A stretch of DNA of 64,000 nt. Origin: Pseudobacteriovorax antillogorgiicola (GTDB lineage Bacteria > Bdellovibrionota_B > Oligoflexia > Oligoflexales > RGVZ01). The translations under genes and the position numbers were made by a program. This document shows positions 1-10,217 of the stretch, piece by piece (the stretch's first letter is position 1; every line of letters begins with the position of its first letter). The notes under the pieces were generated by a model. The model was not told the DNA's origin. It was given only the letters and a program-made list of their open reading frames with translations, and made no database searches. The stretch is from contig CAMBEK010000005.1 in NCBI GenBank assembly GCA_945865565.1, forward strand, positions 54,056 through 118,055. Direction: 5' to 3'.

Positions 1-624
1 CTTCAAACCAAGCCGATCACATGCAGAGACAAAATCCTGCAGGTAAGGACGTCCCGGATCGGTGATCGTCGCCCGGGTTGCCCCGGCGGTAAAGGCTTCG
101 GCTAAAAATCCAGCGACCGCCTCGGCCTGACCCCGGTCGTAAAGAACATCGCTGGCCAGGATCCATTGGGGGCGCTCTGCCAGAACTTCGGCGGATCGAG
201 TGCGCCAGTCCAAAGAGCGATAGGAAAATGCCGGGTGTCCGGACAAATTATTGGCAGAGAAATTTCTTTCCAGAAATCCCGGGACATCGGGATGCAAGTC
301 TGTCGCAATGACTTTCCCTGCGCCCAGTTTCAATAAAGTCATGGACGGGATCGCGAGGCCGCAGCCGATCTCCAAAAATGACTTGTCCGAGATGGCTGCC
401 TGGGGCTCGGCCAACAGCTGGGCCGAAAGAGCCCGGGCAGAATCCCAAACGGTCCCGAAATAGGGGCAAAGGTCCGTCAGCAAATCCTGCTCGCCCCGGG
501 ACTGCAACTCTGCAAACATGTCGTCGATGGCCCGGTTGAAATCAGCAATGACCTCAATCTGGAATTCCATGGCTCCTGAGCCGTGGCCAATTACAACGTT
601 TTCGATTTTGGTGTCATAACGCAT
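1..624 (-). CDS. Class I SAM-dependent methyltransferase (Methyltransf_16-like), 3' end outside window
   Basis: Not in ORF track; manual translation gives ...PYFGTVWDSARAL...FLEIGCGLAIPS...VIATDLHP...ILASDVLYD...DPGRPY. Start ATG 624 or 570. Confidence 0.8.
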   Translation of the reverse strand, partial: MRYDTKIENVVIGHGSGAMEFQIEVIADFNRAIDDMFAELQSRGEQDLLTDLCPYFGTVWDSARALSAQLLAEPQAAISDKSFLEIGCGLAIPSMTLLKLGAGKVIATDLHPDVPGFLERNFSANNLSGHPAFSYRSLDWRTRSAEVLAERPQWILASDVLYDRGQAEAVAGFLAEAFTAGATRATITDPGRPYLQDFVSACDRLGLK

Positions 625-1503
625 ATGGACTCCACCCAGACTCAAATATCAGCCAGCAGCTGGTCTCGTCCACTGATCCGCATCGCAAAAGACATGACCA
701 TTGATTCAGGACTTGTCTGCGCCCTGCTTGCAGCCGGAATTTTGGCCGGGAAAATTCCGGCCGGGCGGCGCCTATCCAATCTGATGCGGCGCCTCGGCAA
801 AATCGCTGGTTGGGCAGGACTGGGCCTGTTGATTGGTTTCAGTTCTCCCCTGACCTCAAACTTGCTGCGGGCACCGCTCCTGACTATGGGAGAACAGCTG
901 CGAGACGCCGGGGGCGGATGCCCCATGCACCCCGGGCCAGTTGTGGTCTTGGGGGGAGGGGCAACGCCAGAAGGGCTGCCCGGCATTGAGAGCCTGGAGC
1001 GTATCCATGCGGCAAGCCTCTGGATTGCACAAAATCACCCCGCTTCTGCCGAAAATCCATTGACGGTCCTTCTGAGTGGCGGCCCGGCGAGCCTGGATCG
1101 GCCCGACGCCCCCAGCGAGGCTGCCGTGATGACCCGGTTTTTAAAGTTGCTCAACGGTGTGGACGGGAAAAACATCGAGTACCTGACGGAAAACCGTAGC
1201 CTGAACACCCACGACAACGCCGTTTTCAGCCGCGAGATGCTGACAGCGCGCCTGCCCGCAGGGGACAGAAATTTGCCAATAAAAATAGTTCTCGTGACCT
1301 CTCAGGTACACATGGCCCGTTCAGCGGCCACTTTTGCGAAATCCAACTTTGAAATCTGCGCCGTGATTGCCCCCGAGCCGGCACCGGTTTTTGGTCTGGT
1401 CACCGAAGCCGGATGGCTGAATTTCCCAACCGCACGGAAAACCAGCGCGACCCTCAACGAATGGTTCGGAATGCTCGGTTACCGGGTGCGCGGCTGGATC
1501 TGA
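625..1503 (+). CDS. YdcF/DUF218 family membrane protein
   Basis: VVVLGGG, LSGG, SEA, ENRSLNTHDNA, LVTSQVHMARS, EWFG motifs; start uncertain (625 or 694). Confidence 0.85.
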   Translation: MDSTQTQISASSWSRPLIRIAKDMTIDSGLVCALLAAGILAGKIPAGRRLSNLMRRLGKIAGWAGLGLLIGFSSPLTSNLLRAPLLTMGEQLRDAGGGCPMHPGPVVVLGGGATPEGLPGIESLERIHAASLWIAQNHPASAENPLTVLLSGGPASLDRPDAPSEAAVMTRFLKLLNGVDGKNIEYLTENRSLNTHDNAVFSREMLTARLPAGDRNLPIKIVLVTSQVHMARSAATFAKSNFEICAVIAPEPAPVFGLVTEAGWLNFPTARKTSATLNEWFGMLGYRVRGWI

Positions 1504-1606
1504 TCGACACTCTGAAACCCGCTTGTCACAAGCCCCAGAAACGACTAATCCTTTCAAAAATAAATCTACGTCAAGAATTTGTCTTAATTCCTGGAGCCAG
1601 GACCTC

Positions 1607-3523
1607 ATGAGAATCCAGCAATTGACCCCGGAACAAGTCCATTCCATGACCCTTCGCGAAAAGGACGAATGGTGGCTCAAAAACGTATACCAGGGCGACA
1701 TGCCGCAATTGACCCTGCGCTCGGCCTTGACGGGCATGATTTTGGGGTCGGTCCTTAGCCTCACAAATCTTTACGTCGGAATCAAAACTGGTTGGACTTT
1801 GGGGATCGGCATCACGTCTGTGATCCTTGCCTTCTCGTTTTTCAAATTGATGTCGAGTTTAAACATGGGCAAAGAACTGACCATCCTTGAAAACAATGCG
1901 ATGCAATCCATCGCGACCTCTGCCGGCTACATGACCGGCCCGCTGGTATCGTCCATCAGCGCCTACATGATGATCACGAACAAGATGATCCCGATGTGGG
2001 ACACGATGCTGTGGATCACGTTGCTGTCTTTACTCGGCGTGCTGTTCGCGTTTCCATTGAAAAAACGCTTTATCAACGATGAGCAACTGCCATTCCCCGA
2101 AGGGCGGGCTGCAGGCGTTGTCATGGCCAATTTGCATACGGGTGACGGGCAGGACGGCATCTTTAAAGCCAAAATCCTGGGGATCGGTGCGCTTCTTTCC
2201 GCAGGAATGGAAACCTTGCGAAACCACACCATCATGAAGTGGCTACACGCAGAATTCCTTGCGATTCCCGAGCATTGGGATGATCTGATTTATAACATGA
2301 GCAGCCAAATCCAGCTCAAGATCATGGGAACACCCATCAAAGACCTGACGATTCGTTGGGAGACCTCGATCGTCATGCTGGCAACCGGCGGACTTATGGG
2401 GATTAAAACCGGCGCCTCGATATTGATTGGCGGATTCCTCAACTACTTCATTCTGGTGCCGTATCTGTTGGACCAGGACATCATCATGTCACCAAAATTC
2501 AAGGACATCACGATGTGGGCCTTGTGGCCGGGCGTCGCCATGATGACAACGTCTTCGCTGTTTGCCTTTTTCTCGAAACCAAAAATGCTGCTGAGCGCCT
2601 TTGCAGTGCTCCTCCCAAACAAGAACGGAAAGAAAAAAGACGAAGATATTTTAAAGGACATTGAGCTGCCAATGTGGGTTTTCGCCGCGGGCATTCCCAT
2701 CCTTGGCCTGCTGACCGTCATCGTCGGACATGACTTGTTTGGCATCGAATACTGGCTTGGGGTAATTGCCATACCGATGGTTTTCATCTTCACGCTGATT
2801 GCCGTCAATTCGACTGGATTGACCAGCATCACGCCGACGGGTGCCCTTGGGAAACTAACCCAGCTCAGTTTCAGCGTCTTGGCGCCGGGTAACATGCAAA
2901 CCAACATCATGACCGCCGGCATCACGGGTGAGGTCGCAGGAAATGCCAGCAATCTTCTGATGGACATCAAGCCAGGCTACATGCTGGGCGGAAAGCCACG
3001 CCATCAAGCAATTGGACACGTTCTTGGAATTTTTGCCGGAGCCCTGGCGTCAGTTCCGGTTTTTTACATGATTTTGCAGAATGACCTCTCGAAGATCACA
3101 TCAGAAGCCATGCCAATGCCTGGCGCACAAATATGGAAGGCCGTGGCGGAAGTCCTGACCAGGGGACTGTCGTCACTGCATCCAACGGCACAAGTTGCAG
3201 CTCTGATTGGCGGCGCACTTGGTATTCTGATCGAATTCATGAATATCAGGATGAAGGGCAAGTTCCCGATTTCCGCCATGGGCTTGGGCCTGGCCTGCGT
3301 GCTTCGATTCAGCGACTGTTGGGCGATGGCCTTCGGTGCATTCTTGTTCTGGGCACTTCACAAAAAATTTGAAGTCGTAGAGGTCAACGGTGTGGGCGGC
3401 GGCTTTGCAAAGACGATGCGCAAGATATTCGTCGACAATCAAGAAACCGTTTGCGCAGGGATCATTGCCGGCGGCTCTATTATCGGAATCATCCTGACCA
3501 TCATCGAAAATGTCTTTCTGTAA
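1607..3523 (+). CDS. OPT family oligopeptide transporter
   Basis: QLTLRS, NLYVGIKTG, ENNAMQSIATSAG, LPFPEGRA; many TM segments; GGAG upstream of ATG 1607. Confidence 0.9.
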   Translation: MRIQQLTPEQVHSMTLREKDEWWLKNVYQGDMPQLTLRSALTGMILGSVLSLTNLYVGIKTGWTLGIGITSVILAFSFFKLMSSLNMGKELTILENNAMQSIATSAGYMTGPLVSSISAYMMITNKMIPMWDTMLWITLLSLLGVLFAFPLKKRFINDEQLPFPEGRAAGVVMANLHTGDGQDGIFKAKILGIGALLSAGMETLRNHTIMKWLHAEFLAIPEHWDDLIYNMSSQIQLKIMGTPIKDLTIRWETSIVMLATGGLMGIKTGASILIGGFLNYFILVPYLLDQDIIMSPKFKDITMWALWPGVAMMTTSSLFAFFSKPKMLLSAFAVLLPNKNGKKKDEDILKDIELPMWVFAAGIPILGLLTVIVGHDLFGIEYWLGVIAIPMVFIFTLIAVNSTGLTSITPTGALGKLTQLSFSVLAPGNMQTNIMTAGITGEVAGNASNLLMDIKPGYMLGGKPRHQAIGHVLGIFAGALASVPVFYMILQNDLSKITSEAMPMPGAQIWKAVAEVLTRGLSSLHPTAQVAALIGGALGILIEFMNIRMKGKFPISAMGLGLACVLRFSDCWAMAFGAFLFWALHKKFEVVEVNGVGGGFAKTMRKIFVDNQETVCAGIIAGGSIIGIILTIIENVFL

Positions 3524-3526
3524 CGG

Positions 3527-5488
3527 ATGCACATGGGCCGCCACAGCATCAACTACGTTCTGAGCAGCGGGCGATATTTGGTCCGGACGTTTGCCTATTG
3601 GATTGCTGTCTTTGCGGCCTTTCGCCTTATTTTTCTTCTGGTTAATTTCAGCGCCTTTTCTAACTTGAAATTGCCTGCGCAAGGAATGTTTGAAGCCTTG
3701 CCGTTGGATTTTTCGATGGCAGCCTGGTTTTGCCTGCTGTCATGGATGCTTCTTTTGGCAGGCACACTGCTTCCACTCAGCATGCTCGCTTTGCACCGGA
3801 TCCTGATCACTGGTCTGACCTTGCTCTATGGTTTGATTGCAGTGGGCGAGGCCGCTGCCTATTCCGAGTGGAAATCGAAATTAAATTTCAAAGTGCTGTC
3901 GGTTCTGACGCACCCTTCCGAACTCCTCGCGATTGCGCCTTTATCAGACGTGATTTTGATGTCGTTGCTGTGGCTTCTTCCAGTTGCTGCAGCCACAGCC
4001 TTCTTCTACCCACGCATGGTCGAACCCGCCTTCACCAACCCTTGGATAAAAGGTAGACGACAACTCGGCCAACAAGTCGCCGCATTTGCGCTGACACTGA
4101 CCCTGTTTGTACCGCTTGCCGGACTTGCAAGGGGCAGCGTTGGCAGCATTCCAATCAGCATGAGCCGTGTCTATTTCACCAGCCATCAGGCGGCAAACGA
4201 TCTGGCCGTAAATGCCGGCTGGAATATGTTCTTTCAGATCGTGAATTTCTCGAGCGTCTTTGCCAAAGGCAATCCATTTGAATTCATGCCACTTGCTGAC
4301 GCCCAGCAGATCGTCCGACAGATGTACGGAAATGTCGCATTACGGGATCGCGAGCCGCCGCAGAAAATCATCGACCATCCGAAGCCAAACATCGTCCTCC
4401 TGATCCTTGAAAGCTGGTCGGGCGACATGATTTCCAGCATCCAGAAAAGTTCAGAGGAGTTTACCCCTGAATTCCATGAGCTGGAAAAATCGGGAGTGTT
4501 GTTTACCGCGTTTCAGGCCAACGGAAACAGGTCTCAACAGGGAATCACTTCCATACTGACCGGGTTTCCTGCGCTTGGGCTTATCGCTGCTGCGGATGAC
4601 CTTGGATTTATCTCACGCCTTCCCGGGCTGGGACATCGTCTGACCAAGTCTGGATATTCTTCGGCCTTTGTTTACGGCGGGCAATTGGAATACGGGAATA
4701 TCAAGGCTGTCGTCGGCAGCGGTGGTTTTCAGCGGATTCATTCTGGTGAGTCAAACTTCCCGGGCCACCTGCGCCGCGGAGCCATGGGGGTCCATGATGG
4801 CGAGATCATCGACGACGTGATCTCAGAAGGAGACCGGCTTCAAGAACCATTTTTTCTGACGCAATTTACTTTGAGTTCACATTCCCCGTACGACTTCCCG
4901 GGGGCGGAAAAAATCACGAAGACACACCGTAGGGAAGAGCCATATTCGAATTCAATCCGGTATACGGACGATGCCCTCGGGAAATTTTTTGCACGCGCGC
5001 GAACCCGTCCCTGGTTTAAAAATACTTTGTTTGTCTTGGTCTCTGACCACGGTCACAACACCTGGCGAGACCTTCCGATCTGGCATCCTGAATACCGCAG
5101 GATTCCACTGCTGCTTACAGGCCCTGTGATTAAAAATGAATTTCGTGGATCACGCCGCAGTACGATCGGATCTCAAATCGATATTCCAGCAACGCTACTT
5201 GGGCAACTCGATGAGCCCAGAGATGACTTTGAATGGTCCAATGACCTGTTTAGCAAAAACCAAAACCGGTTTGCCCACTATGAATTGAACTATGGTTTTG
5301 GCTTTATCACGACTGACGGAGCCGTCGTGTACGACAAGGCGGCTGACAAAACCATTTTCGCAACCCTTCCGGACAAGAAAGTTGCTGATGCCATTTTGAC
5401 GGGCAAGGCCTACACCCAGTGCAGCATGCAGACCTTTATTGACGGCACCTGGTGCGGCGTTAAAAATACACTTGGGGCCAACAATTGA
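3527..5488 (+). CDS. LTA synthase family / sulfatase-like membrane phosphotransferase
   Basis: N-terminal TM helices then PNIVLLILES, SSHSPYDFP, YTDDALG, LVSDHGH, SQIDIPATLL. Confidence 0.9.
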   Translation: MHMGRHSINYVLSSGRYLVRTFAYWIAVFAAFRLIFLLVNFSAFSNLKLPAQGMFEALPLDFSMAAWFCLLSWMLLLAGTLLPLSMLALHRILITGLTLLYGLIAVGEAAAYSEWKSKLNFKVLSVLTHPSELLAIAPLSDVILMSLLWLLPVAAATAFFYPRMVEPAFTNPWIKGRRQLGQQVAAFALTLTLFVPLAGLARGSVGSIPISMSRVYFTSHQAANDLAVNAGWNMFFQIVNFSSVFAKGNPFEFMPLADAQQIVRQMYGNVALRDREPPQKIIDHPKPNIVLLILESWSGDMISSIQKSSEEFTPEFHELEKSGVLFTAFQANGNRSQQGITSILTGFPALGLIAAADDLGFISRLPGLGHRLTKSGYSSAFVYGGQLEYGNIKAVVGSGGFQRIHSGESNFPGHLRRGAMGVHDGEIIDDVISEGDRLQEPFFLTQFTLSSHSPYDFPGAEKITKTHRREEPYSNSIRYTDDALGKFFARARTRPWFKNTLFVLVSDHGHNTWRDLPIWHPEYRRIPLLLTGPVIKNEFRGSRRSTIGSQIDIPATLLGQLDEPRDDFEWSNDLFSKNQNRFAHYELNYGFGFITTDGAVVYDKAADKTIFATLPDKKVADAILTGKAYTQCSMQTFIDGTWCGVKNTLGANN

Positions 5489-5496
5489 TCGTTCCT

Positions 5497-5705
5497 CGTC
5501 ATCCTGGGCTACCCCGTCATTCTGAGGCCGCACCCCGTCATTCTGAGGCCGAAGGCCGAAGAATCCTTTCCTCAACGCGGAAGAAAGGATCCTTCGCTCC
5601 GCTCAGGATGACGAAATAAGAAAAGATCCTTCGCTCCACTCAGGATGACGAAATAAGAAAGGATCCTTCGCTCCACTCAGGATGACGGAGCGGCTCAGGA
5701 TGACG
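5497..5705. repeat. CGTC-type REP cluster 1
   Basis: Left units begin CGTCAT(C/T)CTG at 5497, 5515, 5536; inverted right units AAGAAAGGATCCTTCGCTCC(G/A)CTCAGGATGACG at 5581, 5618, 5655 (37-bp period) plus a partial ending at 5705; between convergent genes. Confidence 0.85.
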
Positions 5706-5728
5706 AGAAAGAGAGAAACAAGGAGGCT

Positions 5729-7537
5729 TTAGCCTTCCTTGTTTCCAAAGAGGGCTTTGAACATTTTCTTGACCAAACCAACCACCGACGCCTCTTGTTG
5801 CGGCTTGGCGACAACAGCTGGACGAGCGTTCAGGTTGCGGTCCTGACGCTGCGGCTGCCGATCGGGTCCCCGACCTTGACGGTCGTGAATCGGGCGCTGA
5901 CGATCTGGTCCACGACTATGACCTTCATGACGCGGGCCTTGGCCACTGCCTGGCCGGCGAGGTCCACGGTCGGACTGGGTTTGACGTGGGTGCTGATTTT
6001 GTTGGCCACTGCGATCCTGATGCCGTGGGCCATCTGAACGAGGACCATCGCGCCTTGGACCATCCGGACGAGGGCCATCGCGCCGAGGACCATCGAAACG
6101 GGATCCGCCGGGACGCGGCCCGCGGTCTCCTGGGCGCGGCGAACTGGAGCGCCCACCCGAGAAACGGGACGCCTTTGCTTCCTTCCACGCCTTGATGCGT
6201 TCTTCGAAAGGATTGCCCGAAGCATCCACGATGCTATCAAAAGCCAGGTCATACCACTTGGCCTTGACTGGGAACTGCTCGCCCAAGAGTTCTTTGATCC
6301 CGGCCAGGTTCTCGCCGTAGTCATCACAAACCAACGAAAACGAACTTCCCTTGGCACCCGCGCGAGCGGTCCGACCAATCCGGTGCACGTAGTTGGCGGG
6401 TTCTTGAGGCAAATCGAAGTTGTAAACGTGCGTGATGCGCGAAATATGCAATCCGCGACTCGCGACATCCGTCGCGATGAGTGCCTTGACCTTGCCGTCC
6501 TTGATCTTGTGGATCAACTGGATGCGCTTGCTCTGGGGCAAGTCGCCTGTGATCAAGTCCACATCGATACCGTTGCGGGAAAGTTTGAAATGCAACCATT
6601 CCGCGGTCAGTTTCGTGTTGGTAAAAATGATGCAACATTCAGGATTATGCTCACGAAGCATGCCGAGCATGACCCTCAACTTGTTCGGGGCATCAACAAT
6701 GACTGCATGCTGCTCAATATTTTCAGGCGTCAGTGTTTCCGGATTGACCGAAATGTAGGCCGGCTTGTCGAGGTACTCAAAAGCGAGTTCCTTGACTTCA
6801 GCATTGGTCGTCGCGGAAAACAACAATTTCTGTACGTCTTCCGGGAGTTTGCTTAGGAAAAACTCGACGTCATCAATGAAACCCATGTCGAACATGCGAT
6901 CGGCTTCGTCGCAAACGAAAATCTTGCACTGGTCGAGGCGGATCAGCTTCTTCTCGAAGTAGTCTTTGAGACGGCCCGGGGTTGCGATGATGACATCAAC
7001 GCCTTCCCGAAGGCGTTTGGCCTGCTTGTCGTAATCAATTCCACCAAAAACAGCGATCGAACTAATGCCCAGGCGACCGAATACGGTCTGCGCGTCCTGC
7101 TCAATCTGCATGGCCAGTTCACGCGTCGGCGCCAGAACCAAGGCCAAAGGACGCGCGGCACTGCCGGAATCGTCCGCCACCGCTGCCGTCGATGCCCGAT
7201 GCTCGAGAATCCTCTGGGCAGCTGTGATTAAGAAGACACCGGTCTTGCCGGTGCCAGTTTGGGCAAATCCGGCAACGTCCCGACCCACAAGGGTCAAAGG
7301 CAAGCACATGCCCTGGACGGGGGTTGGCTGATTCCAGCCTAAATCAGCAATCGCCTGACGAAGTGCCTCCGAAAGTGGGGCATCCGCGAAGGACGTCAAA
7401 TTTTCTGACGCACCTTCGTCGGCAGCGACCAGTCTAGATTCGTCTTCGAAATCGTCTCCAGGCCGGACAATCTCCGGTTTTTCTTCAGGAATATGGTCTT
7501 CGCGGGGTTTCAGGTCTTCTTGCAGATTTTCCGTCAT
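5729..7537 (-). CDS. DEAD-box RNA helicase (RhlB-like) with long disordered C-terminus
   Basis: PTPVQ, AQTGTGKT, PTRELA, TPGRL, DEAD, SAT, HRIGRTAR. Confidence 0.95.
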   Translation of the reverse strand: MTENLQEDLKPREDHIPEEKPEIVRPGDDFEDESRLVAADEGASENLTSFADAPLSEALRQAIADLGWNQPTPVQGMCLPLTLVGRDVAGFAQTGTGKTGVFLITAAQRILEHRASTAAVADDSGSAARPLALVLAPTRELAMQIEQDAQTVFGRLGISSIAVFGGIDYDKQAKRLREGVDVIIATPGRLKDYFEKKLIRLDQCKIFVCDEADRMFDMGFIDDVEFFLSKLPEDVQKLLFSATTNAEVKELAFEYLDKPAYISVNPETLTPENIEQHAVIVDAPNKLRVMLGMLREHNPECCIIFTNTKLTAEWLHFKLSRNGIDVDLITGDLPQSKRIQLIHKIKDGKVKALIATDVASRGLHISRITHVYNFDLPQEPANYVHRIGRTARAGAKGSSFSLVCDDYGENLAGIKELLGEQFPVKAKWYDLAFDSIVDASGNPFEERIKAWKEAKASRFSGGRSSSPRPGDRGPRPGGSRFDGPRRDGPRPDGPRRDGPRSDGPRHQDRSGQQNQHPRQTQSDRGPRRPGSGQGPRHEGHSRGPDRQRPIHDRQGRGPDRQPQRQDRNLNARPAVVAKPQQEASVVGLVKKMFKALFGNKEG

Positions 7538-7619
7538 TTTTATTTACTTTTCTCTTTGCTTTCAGTTACTTACGTCGATTTCGACGAAGCATTTGATGGG
7601 GTCTTGATTGCCCCGGCCT

Positions 7620-7646
7620 TCAGCTTATTCAGCAGCCTGCCGATTT
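7620..7646 (+). promoter_or_regulatory. Putative sigma28 promoter for ORF 7698
   Basis: TCAG-N15-GCCGATTT versus consensus TAAA-N15-GCCGATAA. Confidence 0.45.
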
Positions 7647-7697
7647 TACCTGTCGTAGCGCTGTATTTTTTGAACACAAGCCTGAGGCACATTTGTC

Positions 7698-8045
7698 ATG
7701 GCCGACGAAGCCAAAACCCCGTCAGCAGAAACTTCAGCAACTCTGGCTGCTGATCCCACTCAAACCCAGCCGGCGCCAGATAGTCCGAATGCCCCACACC
7801 ATACAGAAGGAACCCCTGCGGCGCAAGGCACGGAGGCAGTTTCAAAGGCCCAGAGAGATTTTTTAGCGCTGCTTAATGCCCGCATGACCACAGTCGAAGG
7901 CCTTGCCCTGCTTGCCCTGGATTTCCCAGCCTCCAAAGCCGCAGCCACTCAGTCCTACAGCCGCAAGTGGCAACAGGACGCCCGGCGCTGCTTTACCGTG
8001 GTCGCCCGCCTCAAACGCCGCATGCCTCCATTGCCGACAACCTGA
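7698..8045 (+). CDS. Hypothetical protein
   Basis: 115-aa ORF filling the gap; GAGG upstream; no recognised domain. Confidence 0.5.
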   Translation: MADEAKTPSAETSATLAADPTQTQPAPDSPNAPHHTEGTPAAQGTEAVSKAQRDFLALLNARMTTVEGLALLALDFPASKAAATQSYSRKWQQDARRCFTVVARLKRRMPPLPTT

Positions 8046-8136
8046 TCCTTGTGGTTAAAATAGGTAAGCGCCGAATCCGACTGGATTTAGCTTTGCCGTT
8101 TTCCCACGCCCTGAACGCTTCCAAGGGAGTTCGTCG

Positions 8137-9141
8137 ATGACGCCTGGATCTACCATCACCAATTCATGCCTTCGCTTTGCATCGCGGACTTTCATTCCGC
8201 TGCTGTTGATCTCGGGATGCTTTACACCCGCTAAAGAACGTCAGTTGCGTGACGAAATTTTCGGACTGCAAACCCGCGTCATGCAACTTGAAGGCGCGCT
8301 CATGGATGAAAATACTCCCGCTGGCGAGGCCGCCAAGCGACGCCTCGCATCAACCGCGGCCGATATCGAAAAAATATCCAATGAAATGAGCCGCATCAAA
8401 GGTGAACTTGATGCATTAAAACTGGGTGTTTCGACTGGGTTCATGCCAGGCGTCGAAGGTGACCAGAGTAACTCGCTTGGGGGTAAGATCCGCTCCTTGA
8501 GCGAAAGGATGGCCAATCTGGAAGCCACGCAAGGTGACGTGGTGGCTTCATTGGAAAAGCAGGGGGTTAACCTCAAATCCCCTGAAAGAATGGGCGATAA
8601 ATCTGCTGATAAATCGAAGACTTCCCGCGCAGGTGAGCGGACCTCCGACCTTTCCGGGGAGCGCTCCCAAGACAAACAATCGGACAAGTTTTCTGAAAAG
8701 GGCGACAACGAAAAGCCCGCCAGTGCGGAGGAGCCGCACAGGTCGGATAAATCCCTGGGCACTCTGAAGCAGTTTCGGGATGCTTACGGGAAACGTCAGT
8801 TCAAGCGGGTCATTGAAGATGCTCCAGCCGCAATCAAACTGCTCACGAAGGCAAAAGATCGCGAAGAAGTCGCTTTTCTCCATGCAGAGGCCCTTTATAA
8901 ACTTGGCCAAATGCGCGAGGCCGCCCTGCAATTTAACGAGTTCATCGACAGCAAACCCGCGGCAAAATACCTGCCCCAAGCCCGCCTGCGCATGGGCGAT
9001 GCCTTCCGCAATCTGGGCGACCCGGCAACCGCAAAAATTTATTATCAAGAGTTGATCACCAAGCATCCGAAGAGCCCGGAGGCAATCAAGGCTAAAGACC
9101 GGTTGAAAGAGCTTGGCAAATCGGCCCGGGCAGGCCATTAA
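8137..9141 (+). CDS. CpoB/YbgF-like TPR lipoprotein
   Basis: Lipobox-like ISGC, coiled coil, C-terminal TPRs ending ELITKHPKSPEA. Confidence 0.75.
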   Translation: MTPGSTITNSCLRFASRTFIPLLLISGCFTPAKERQLRDEIFGLQTRVMQLEGALMDENTPAGEAAKRRLASTAADIEKISNEMSRIKGELDALKLGVSTGFMPGVEGDQSNSLGGKIRSLSERMANLEATQGDVVASLEKQGVNLKSPERMGDKSADKSKTSRAGERTSDLSGERSQDKQSDKFSEKGDNEKPASAEEPHRSDKSLGTLKQFRDAYGKRQFKRVIEDAPAAIKLLTKAKDREEVAFLHAEALYKLGQMREAALQFNEFIDSKPAAKYLPQARLRMGDAFRNLGDPATAKIYYQELITKHPKSPEAIKAKDRLKELGKSARAGH

Positions 9142-9149
9142 CCGTATCG

Positions 9150-10217
9150 ATGCTGATCATCGGTATTGAATCCAGTTGTGACGAAACCGCGATCGCCGTC
9201 CTCAGGGACGGACGCCAGGTTCTTGCGTCCAAAATTTCATCCCAAATCGCCCGGCACGCACCTTTCGGTGGGGTTGTCCCTGAAATTGCAGCCCGCGAGC
9301 ATCTGAATTCCATTCAACCTCTTTTCGACGCGGCAATGAAAGAAGCTGGTGCCGGTTACCCCGGAATCACTTTGTCTGACATTGATGCCGTCGCTGTAAC
9401 TCAGGGCCCAGGATTGGTCGGCGCCTTGTTGGTTGGAGTTTCCTTTGCCAAAGGCCTCGCCTTGGCGAACAACAAGCCACTGATTCCAGTTGATCATGTT
9501 CATGCCCACATCCACGGGGCCCTTCTGGGACTTTCTGACAAAGTCGCTGAAGCCGCCCTGCCCTGCCTGGCACTGGTCGTATCGGGCGGCCATACCAATC
9601 TTTATCTTGTTGAAAATCCACTGGACTTCAAATTGATCGCCCATACCGTCGATGATGCCTGCGGCGAGTGTTTGGACAAGGTTGGAAAACTGCTCGGCCT
9701 GCCTTATCCAGGCGGACCTTGGATTGAACGAAACGCGGCCAAGGGCAATCCCGACAAAATTGCGATGCCGCGTACGGTGGAAAAAAAATCACAGATGGAA
9801 TTCAGCTACTCAGGCTTGAAGACCCACATGGCTCAAATGATATCGCGACTGCCGCAACCAATTCCCGAGGATCAAGTCGCGGACATGTGCGCAGCCTTCC
9901 AACGAGAAGCCTTTCAGCAACTCATTCGCAAACTTGAAATCGCACGGGGAAAATTCCCCCACGTGCGAAGCATCGTTGTCGCCGGCGGAGTGGCTGCCAA
10001 CAAGACCTTCCGCAGCATGGCGGAGGGGTCGTTCAAAATTCCGTGTCATTTTCCGGAACCAGAATACTGCTCGGACAACGCTGCCATGATCGCGGCCCTT
10101 GGCTGGCACATGCTTAATGATCGGGGCCCAGATGCCTTCAAGGCGACCGACTGGGATGTGTATCCGCGATACCCATTTGAAAATTACAAGTTCGACAGCA
10201 CCGGGGCCCATTCGTGA
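9150..10217 (+). CDS. tsaD: tRNA t6A synthase subunit TsaD
   Basis: GIESSCDETA, GGVVPEIAAREH, VSGGHT, DDACGE, SDNAAMIA. Confidence 0.97.
   Translation: MLIIGIESSCDETAIAVLRDGRQVLASKISSQIARHAPFGGVVPEIAAREHLNSIQPLFDAAMKEAGAGYPGITLSDIDAVAVTQGPGLVGALLVGVSFAKGLALANNKPLIPVDHVHAHIHGALLGLSDKVAEAALPCLALVVSGGHTNLYLVENPLDFKLIAHTVDDACGECLDKVGKLLGLPYPGGPWIERNAAKGNPDKIAMPRTVEKKSQMEFSYSGLKTHMAQMISRLPQPIPEDQVADMCAAFQREAFQQLIRKLEIARGKFPHVRSIVVAGGVAANKTFRSMAEGSFKIPCHFPEPEYCSDNAAMIAALGWHMLNDRGPDAFKATDWDVYPRYPFENYKFDSTGAHS

Noticed and set aside
5581..5705. 37-bp periodic repeats as a CRISPR array
   Set aside because: Units are directly tandem with no unique spacers, have inverted partners, and no cas genes are present.
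8056..8083. Sigma28-like site before the CpoB-like gene
   Set aside because: TAAA-N16-TCCGACTG has non-optimal spacing and a poor -10; not counted.
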